Shown: positions 51,738 through 57,252 of the stretch, one piece after another | Layout of the letters: each line of letters opens with the position of its first letter | Numbering within the stretch: the stretch's first letter is position 1 | From: Patescibacteria group bacterium | GTDB lineage: Bacteria > Patescibacteriota > Gracilibacteria > UBA1369 > JAHKBB01 | Assembly (NCBI GenBank): GCA_043820285.1 | Contig: JBDRDX010000011.1 | Span: forward strand, 1 to 57,252 | Length of the DNA: 57,252 nt | Direction of reading: 5' to 3' | Notes under the pieces: generated by a model | What the model saw: the letters and a program-made list of their open reading frames with translations, nothing else | The model's database searches: none | What the model was told of the DNA's origin: nothing | Translations under genes and position numbers: made by a program

Positions 51738-52217
51738 CTAAGATGTTAATGCCATTTGTATCAAATTTACAATCGCCCACGAAAGCAATGCCAGAACAAA
51801 CCCTCCAATCGCGTACATAATAGTCTTCTTCGCCTTATCCCTCTCTTCCGTAAGCCCGCCAATAATATACTGATAACCTCCAATCACCACAAACACCACA
51901 GCTATAAGCCCCGCAAGCCCAAGGAGCCATTCGATGATGTACAAAACATAATAAGGTATCATCCAAAGCTCTATACGCCCCGTCTTGATTGCACATCCAA
52001 GCACATCACCTATATTGTCCTTAAAGTCTTTTTCCGGTTCTAAACTCTCGTTGACTTTTTTCATAAACCCAATGCACGTATCTTTATCCTTAGTATCTTC
52101 TACACCGCCCAAGAGCTTATCGGTGGTCGGCATCACTGTCCCTTGCCCAAAAGCCACCGGCGCAAAAGAAACGATCATTAGTGACGCCAGCAGAAAACTT
52201 ATAACAAACTTTTTCAT
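51738..52217 (-). CDS. TrbC/VirB2-like T4SS pilin-like small membrane protein (CPR type)
   Basis: Signal peptide MKKFVISFLLASLMIVSFAPVAFG. Two C-terminal TMs separated by GGLTEERDKAKKTI, as in the Patescibacteria T4SS_pilin family as I recall it. Confidence 0.5.
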   Translation of the reverse strand: MKKFVISFLLASLMIVSFAPVAFGQGTVMPTTDKLLGGVEDTKDKDTCIGFMKKVNESLEPEKDFKDNIGDVLGCAIKTGRIELWMIPYYVLYIIEWLLGLAGLIAVVFVVIGGYQYIIGGLTEERDKAKKTIMYAIGGFVLALLSWAIVNLIQMALTS

Positions 52218-52315
52218 ATTTTTTGTGTTAAACTGCCCATAAAACTAACATATAGACTTGAAAAAATCCATTCATTTACCTAAACTTCTAGATACTAAAA
52301 CATTATCCGTAACTA

Positions 52316-53635
52316 ATGCCCCCCTTACTGGCCATCGTTGGCCGCCCAAACGTAGGAAAATCCACCCTCTTTAATCGCCTCATTGGCAAACGTCTTGCAA
52401 TAATCGCGAAAGAAGCCGGCACAACACGGGACCGTATTTATCAAGACTTTGATTTAAACGGATTGGAAGCGACGCTCGTAGATACGGGCGGACTCGAATA
52501 TGGAAAACAAGAAAACATTGAAAGCGATATACAAAGTCAGGCAAAAATCGCTATAAAGGAAGCCGATTTGATAATTTTCGTAATAGATTCAATGCAGGAG
52601 CTAACGGTAGATGACTTTCAAGCGGCAGATATCTTGAGAAGGGCAAAAAAACCGGTACTGCTCGCGGCGAACAAATGCGATAGAGAAGTAGATTACGAAC
52701 ACTTCAACATATATGAACTCGGATTCGGAGAGCCGATAAAAGTATCGGCGATTCACAAGCTGGGAATCGACGAATTGAAAAATGAGGCCATGGCTTCATT
52801 GGAAAAAGCGGGATTCAAAGAATCCGAAAAAAAAAGTTCTCTCACAGAGAAGCATAATACGATAAACCTTTGCTTCCTTGGCCGCCCGAATGTAGGGAAA
52901 TCTTCTTTGGTAAACAAGCTCCTTGGAGAAGACAAAGTAATAGTTTCCGATAAAGGAGGAACAACACGTGACGCAACAGATACGAAAGTGGAAGTTGATG
53001 AAAAAACATACAATCTCATAGATACAGCAGGCATAAGGCGCAGAGGAAAGATAGGGAAAGGGGTGGAATATTTCAGCGTGCTTCGCGGATTTTCGGCAAT
53101 AGAAAGATCCGATATTGTCGCTTTAATAATAGATGGTGAAGAAGGAGTAAATAAACAAGACGCTCACATCGCTTCATACATACTGGAGGCGGACAAAGGG
53201 CTGATGCTGGTGGTCAACAAATGGGATCTCAAAGAGAAAGGGGACGAAGAGCAAAGGAAATTCCTACGCAGCCTCCAGCAAAAACTGCCATTCCTGCCAT
53301 GGGCGCCAGTGATATTTGTTTCAGCAAAAACAGGGAGAAACGCAACTCAAATCTTTAAGCTTGCGCAGGAAATATTCAAAGAAAGACAAAGACAAATTGA
53401 CAACGAAGAAATACAAACGTATATCGAGAAAATTACATTAAAACACCTCCCAACAGGTACAAACAACAAAAGACCAAAAATCATGGACATCAAGCAAACA
53501 AACATAAACCCGCCAACTTTCAAAGTGAAAGCGAGTAATGCCGGATATATTCACTTTTCATACAAAAGATACCTTGAAAACAAAATCCGGGAAAAATACG
53601 GATTTCTTGGCACCCCTATCAAACTGATATTTTAG
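52316..53635 (+). CDS. der: Ribosome-associated GTPase Der (EngA)
   Basis: Two tandem G domains (GRPNVGKSTLFNRL and GRPNVGKSSLVNKL, each with DTGG/DTAG and NKCD/NKWD) plus a KH-like C-terminus. Confidence 0.95.
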   Translation: MPPLLAIVGRPNVGKSTLFNRLIGKRLAIIAKEAGTTRDRIYQDFDLNGLEATLVDTGGLEYGKQENIESDIQSQAKIAIKEADLIIFVIDSMQELTVDDFQAADILRRAKKPVLLAANKCDREVDYEHFNIYELGFGEPIKVSAIHKLGIDELKNEAMASLEKAGFKESEKKSSLTEKHNTINLCFLGRPNVGKSSLVNKLLGEDKVIVSDKGGTTRDATDTKVEVDEKTYNLIDTAGIRRRGKIGKGVEYFSVLRGFSAIERSDIVALIIDGEEGVNKQDAHIASYILEADKGLMLVVNKWDLKEKGDEEQRKFLRSLQQKLPFLPWAPVIFVSAKTGRNATQIFKLAQEIFKERQRQIDNEEIQTYIEKITLKHLPTGTNNKRPKIMDIKQTNINPPTFKVKASNAGYIHFSYKRYLENKIREKYGFLGTPIKLIF

Positions 53636-54260
53636 ATTTCATCTTTTCACGAAGGTCCTCACGCCTGTCACGGTCATGGAATTTCAATATGTGATCATTC
53701 ACAATAACTCCGTGAGAGCGCGGAAGATTGTTCATTTTTCCAAGAGCTCTTTTGAATTGCCATCTTTTAAGCCGACCCTCAATGAAATCTCCAAAAAGCC
53801 ATTCAAAAAGCGGCTTTTTCTCACTTAAAAGATAATCACGTCGAACCCTTAAATTCGGCACCCATTTATTTTCATTTTCGAATCTGTTCAAAACACTTCG
53901 ATCAATAAACGGGATCATGGTCTGACACCAATGCATGAGATAGTAATCATCCTCGATCGCAATTCTTTCCAAATTCAAGTTCTCATCATCAATAAAAAAG
54001 CTCAAACAAAACCTCTGCTTGATCTTTTCACCATGACGACGCACACCAAGAATATGCAAAAGCGCAGTAATAAGAAAACGCGAAGTAAAAAGCCGCCCTT
54101 TCTTTATCACAAAGAAAAGATCTATGTCACTGTCCTCAGTGTGCATCCCCATCGCGACATTATTGCAAACAGCCGCCATCCGAACAAAAGGCACTCTCTG
54201 AAGCAAACGCATGTAGCGAGCGGATTTCTCTAAAAACTTTTTTCGGAGTTCATCGGTCAC
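53619..54260 (-). CDS. Putative Pol-beta-superfamily nucleotidyltransferase domain protein
   Basis: MGMHTEDSDIDLFFVI fits the G[SG]-x9-13-DxD pattern. The rest is unrecognised. Confidence 0.4.
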   Translation of the reverse strand: MTDELRKKFLEKSARYMRLLQRVPFVRMAAVCNNVAMGMHTEDSDIDLFFVIKKGRLFTSRFLITALLHILGVRRHGEKIKQRFCLSFFIDDENLNLERIAIEDDYYLMHWCQTMIPFIDRSVLNRFENENKWVPNLRVRRDYLLSEKKPLFEWLFGDFIEGRLKRWQFKRALGKMNNLPRSHGVIVNDHILKFHDRDRREDLREKMKSKISV

Positions 54261-54314
54261 GCCAAAAAAATATCACTTTTGCATGAAGCCATCAATCATT
54301 TATAATCTACATCG

Positions 54315-56360
54315 ATGAAAAAACTAAAGAACATTCCAAAGGGACCCGGAATATACAAGATGCTCAACAGCGAAGGACAGGTTATTTATGTTGGAAAAGC
54401 GAAGAATCTCGACAAACGCATAAAGTCATATTTCCAGAAAAAAGATCATGGAATACGAATGGAAAAAATGATCGCGAATATGGACGACATTAAATGGATT
54501 GAAACAGATAGTGAAATCGAAGCTTTGATCCTCGAAACAAACCTGATAAAGGAACTTCGTCCGAAATACAACATTCTAATGAAGGATGATAAAAATTTCG
54601 TATACATAAAGATCACGACTAATGAGGATTTCCCGCGCATAACAACCGTGCGAAAAGTTTTAAAAGATGGAGCAAAGTACTTCGGCCCGATCCTCGCATC
54701 ACACAAAGTAGATAAGATGTTCAAAATTTTGCGCAAAGTTCTTCCTTTCCGAAATTGCTCCTTGGATATCGAAATTCAAAAGGGGAAAGCGGTTGTTATA
54801 AAGAAAACAATCAAATATCCGTGCCTCGATCACTACATAAAGAGATGTATTACTCCATGTACGGGCCTATGTACAAAAGAGGAGTACATGAAAATTATTG
54901 AGCAAGTAATAGATTTCCTGGAAGGAAAGCCGGAAGAGATCATAAAGAAGGTAAAAAAAGAGATGATGGACGCGGCAGCGGAAAAGAAATTTGAAATTGC
55001 GGCCTCCCTACGGGACAAACTCAAAATGGTCGAGGAAATCTCGCAGAAACAAGTTGTAAGCGATCCAAATATGAAAGATATGGACATAATAAACTTCCAC
55101 AGAGAAGGTACATACTACTATTTCAACCTGTTTCAAATTCGTAATGGGAAACTCGTAAATCAAGAGAATTTCACTTCGAAAAGCGCCGAAGTAGAGGATG
55201 ATCCAAAAGAGATTTTGGAAACATTTATAAAACAGTATTACAAAGTCGCGGTCAGTATTCCAAAAGAAGTCGTTATTCCATCAGAAATCGAAAAAATATT
55301 CGATAAATGGATTGGCACACACTTTCTGGTTCCACAAAGAGGGGACAAAATTAAATTATTAAAACTCGCGCTCAAAAACGCAGAGAGCTATGCAAAACAA
55401 TGCAGAGTAAAAGTAATGCAAGAGGGAATTGACCCGGTAGAGGAGCTCCAAACAGCACTAAACTTAAAGAAAAGACCCGTGAGAATAGAGTGCTACGACA
55501 TCTCACACTTAAGCGGAACAAATCAGGTCGGATCAATGGTCGTATTTGAAAACGGATTGGCAAAGAAATCAGACTACAGACGCTTCAAACTCCGCAAAGT
55601 AGAGAAAATAGATGATTACGCATCGCTGGAAGAGGTATTAACACGCAGATTAAGCTACATCTCAAAAATACAGGATGAGTACGCCACCAAAAAAGCATTA
55701 AAAAAAGAACTGCCATTCATTAAAGAGACCGTAAAAAGAGCCAGGATAAAAGATCACAAAGAATTCTACACGATCAAGAAAAAAGATAAAATATGCGGAT
55801 TCATTCAGAAAAAAGTGGTAAATGAAAAAAACATGTTGTCAGCGCTTTGGATAGATGAAAAAGAAAGAGGTAAAAAATTGGGGCAGAGATTAATTGGACA
55901 TGCGATCAAGAAATCGGAAGCGAAAAGATTATACCTAAGCTGCCGCAAAGAACTTGCGTCTTACTACAGTGAAATTGGATTCCAACAAACAAAAACAATT
56001 CCTAAGGGACTCGAAAAAGAACACAAATACTGTAACGAAAAGTACTGTGCGCTAAACACGGAAGGGGTTTGGTTTGTGTACGACAAAAAGAAGGGGAAAG
56101 ACACTTCATTTTCCGGCAAGCCTGACTTAATCATAATTGACGGAGGAAAAGGACAGCTAGGAGTAGGGGAGAAGACATTAAAAAAATTCAAATCAAAAGT
56201 TCCGGTTATTTCAATTGCAAAGAAAAACGAAGAAATATTTTACGCGGGCAAAAAGCTCATACTTACAAGGACGAGTGACGCCCTGAAACTCGTGCAAAGA
56301 ATTCGTGACGAGGCACATCGGTTTGCGGTGGAATACCAAAAAAAGTTGAGAAAATTTTGA
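54315..56360 (+). CDS. uvrC: Excinuclease ABC subunit C with a GNAT-like insertion and no C-terminal (HhH)2 domain
   Basis: GIY-YIG (GIYKML..VIYVGKAKNLDKRIKSY), UVR motif (EKKFEIAASLRDKL), endonuclease V-like domain (ECYDISHLSG ... PDLIIIDGGKGQL ... DEAHRFA). Insert at aa about 447-601 carries GNAT motifs. Confidence 0.85.
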   Translation: MKKLKNIPKGPGIYKMLNSEGQVIYVGKAKNLDKRIKSYFQKKDHGIRMEKMIANMDDIKWIETDSEIEALILETNLIKELRPKYNILMKDDKNFVYIKITTNEDFPRITTVRKVLKDGAKYFGPILASHKVDKMFKILRKVLPFRNCSLDIEIQKGKAVVIKKTIKYPCLDHYIKRCITPCTGLCTKEEYMKIIEQVIDFLEGKPEEIIKKVKKEMMDAAAEKKFEIAASLRDKLKMVEEISQKQVVSDPNMKDMDIINFHREGTYYYFNLFQIRNGKLVNQENFTSKSAEVEDDPKEILETFIKQYYKVAVSIPKEVVIPSEIEKIFDKWIGTHFLVPQRGDKIKLLKLALKNAESYAKQCRVKVMQEGIDPVEELQTALNLKKRPVRIECYDISHLSGTNQVGSMVVFENGLAKKSDYRRFKLRKVEKIDDYASLEEVLTRRLSYISKIQDEYATKKALKKELPFIKETVKRARIKDHKEFYTIKKKDKICGFIQKKVVNEKNMLSALWIDEKERGKKLGQRLIGHAIKKSEAKRLYLSCRKELASYYSEIGFQQTKTIPKGLEKEHKYCNEKYCALNTEGVWFVYDKKKGKDTSFSGKPDLIIIDGGKGQLGVGEKTLKKFKSKVPVISIAKKNEEIFYAGKKLILTRTSDALKLVQRIRDEAHRFAVEYQKKLRKF

Positions 56361-56857
56361 GGTTCCAGCGGTTATCGCAAGTAATGTCGAGATTTCGTGT
56401 TGTTTGCGGTTTGTTTTCCGTATGAGCCGTTTTTTGCTGATGGGTTGAAATTTTGTGTTGACGAGTTTTTTGTGGGTTTTTGGAGGTTTTCGCGTGACAG
56501 TGACGAAAATCGTGTTGCCGGCTTTTGGGTGTTTTTTGTGGTTTTTTTGGAGGTTTTCAAGAGTTTCATACGGAAGATGTAAAAAATGTGTTGACAGGAA
56601 AATCGTGTTTTTGGAATTGGGGTTTGTTTTCGTTGTGAGCGGTTTTTCGCGGGTTGTTTGAGTTTTTTGTCGTTCAGTGTTGCAAAATGAGCTCAGAGGT
56701 GAGGTTTTGCTCACCATTTTGGGTGTTTAGGGCCGGGTTGGTTTTTGAGTTTCCGAAAATGTTGTATAATGGCTTTCTTGAGCCGTTTTTGGGTTGTTTT
56801 GGGTCGTGTTTTTTGGTATGTTTGAAGCGCATTTCAATATAATTAACCAATTGAAAA
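56361..56857. repeat. G+T-skewed, C-depleted noncoding spacer built from degenerate short repeats
   Basis: Recurring motifs on the + strand: GAGCNGTTTTT..GGGTTG (56424, 56636, 56780); TGTGTTGAC (56453, 56586); TTTTGGGTGTTT (56523, 56717); TTTGGAGGTTTTC (56479, 56546). ORFs here are low-complexity artefacts. Confidence 0.6.
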
Positions 56858-57252
56858 ATGACTGACAAAAAATTGTACGCATTATGCAGAGAATACGGCA
56901 GGAACGCGAGGATGTGGAGAAGAAAATTTGAAGCGCTTTTGCCGGAAGTCGAGAAGCGCGGATTGTACCGGACGCACGGGTTTCATTCGATTTATGAGTT
57001 CGCGGCGAAGCTTGGAGGAGTCGGACATAAATCGGTCGAGGAAATACTGAGAGTCAGCAGGAAAGTGGAGGACAGGCCGCTTCGGAGAGCTGAGATCGAG
57101 AAGCAAGGGTTCGCGAAGGTCAGGGCGGTGACTCCGTTGATTGAAGTGGAAAAAGAAGAAGATTTAGTTCATTTGGTGAAATCGTTGCCGATAAGCGCCA
57201 TTCAGGAAACAGTGAGAATCCGAACCTGTGGAACCCCAAACGTTTGGGGTTC
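56858..57252 (+). CDS. HNH-endonuclease-family protein, N-terminal (DUF222-like) part; 3'-truncated by the window edge
   Basis: Hand translation from ATG 56858: MTDKKLYALCREYGRNARMWRRKFEALLPEVEKRGLYRTHGFHSIYEFAAKLGGVGHKSVEEILRVSRKVEDRPLRRAEIEKQGFAKVRAVTPL... It is open to the last base. The pattern matches N-terminal domains of HNH proteins common in CPR genomes. GC-rich. Confidence 0.65.
   Translation, partial: MTDKKLYALCREYGRNARMWRRKFEALLPEVEKRGLYRTHGFHSIYEFAAKLGGVGHKSVEEILRVSRKVEDRPLRRAEIEKQGFAKVRAVTPLIEVEKEEDLVHLVKSLPISAIQETVRIRTCGTPNVWG
57231..57252. repeat. Perfect 22-nt palindrome at the window end
   Basis: GAACCCCAAACGTTTGGGGTTC equals its own reverse complement. Confidence 0.9.

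Noticed and set aside
56211-56717. 168-aa minus-strand ORF, and other ORFs on both strands at 56372-56868
   Set aside because: The translations are low-complexity (K/T/N/P/Q or F/V/G-rich) and arise from the G+T/C+A skew. The 168-aa ORF overlaps the uvrC 3' end by about 150 nt. No motifs are present.
1-57252. Circular molecule with the HNH gene spanning the junction
   Set aside because: Joining base 57252 to base 1 puts the C-terminal HNH half out of frame. A 57-kb replicon carrying dnaE, aaRS and ribosomal genes is also implausible. A repeat-induced contig break is more likely.
1-57252. CRISPR arrays, rRNA genes, intact transposases or integrases, reverse transcriptase/DGR
   Set aside because: I saw no regularly spaced direct repeats, no rRNA-like sequence and no full-length recombinase or RT ORF. 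Only the 96-aa recombinase-like remnant at 23456-23746 was found.
1-57252. Alternative genetic code (UGA recoding, as in some CPR lineages)
   Set aside because: All conserved housekeeping genes translate full-length with the standard code and show no in-frame TGA interruptions.

Overview
Gene-dense window (about 90% coding, many 1-20 nt overlaps) that looks like a reduced-genome bacterium, probably Candidate Phyla Radiation/Patescibacteria. That assignment is an inference from sigma-region-4/HARE-HTH proteins, a CPR-style T4SS-pilin-like protein, tight packing and patchy metabolism. All calls come from motif recognition in the supplied ORF translations and from reading the DNA; no searches were run. 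The backbone is housekeeping: aspS, dnaE, valS, glyQS, cysS, dtd, murC, murJ, der, uvrC, an rpsB-tsf operon carrying ribBA-ribD, nadA-nadC, ilvE, and three CCA-encoding tRNAs (Leu-UAG, elongator-type CAU, initiator CAU). The strongest candidate system is at 32037-35962. A PKD-domain 7TM protein of the 7TM_transglut type is followed 2 nt later by a 790-aa fusion: a RimK-related ATP-grasp amino-acid ligase, a retropepsin-like module whose DTGA position reads NTNY, and a DUF1704/MATCAP-like HExxxH-QEGLA carboxypeptidase. This suggests a self-contained cycle that adds and trims C-terminal amino acids. Other notable loci:
- An A+T-rich integration scar at 21.3-23.7 kb beside a possibly chimeric tRNA-CAU. 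It holds recombinase and NYN gene fragments and an unrecognised three-gene cassette.
- A tryptophanase-family gene bracketed by two tRNA-CAU genes.
- Two diverged paralogs with sigma region 4 fused to HARE-HTH.
- A partner-switching set (HAMP-PP2C, RsbW-like kinase, STAS) plus a PrsW protease, with no sigma/anti-sigma pair in the window.
- A UvrC with a GNAT domain inserted in its endonuclease domain and no HhH tail.
- A roughly 500-bp G+T-skewed, C-depleted repeat-rich spacer upstream of a GC-rich HNH gene.
The window both starts and ends inside HNH-endonuclease-like coding sequence and ends on a perfect 22-nt palindrome.
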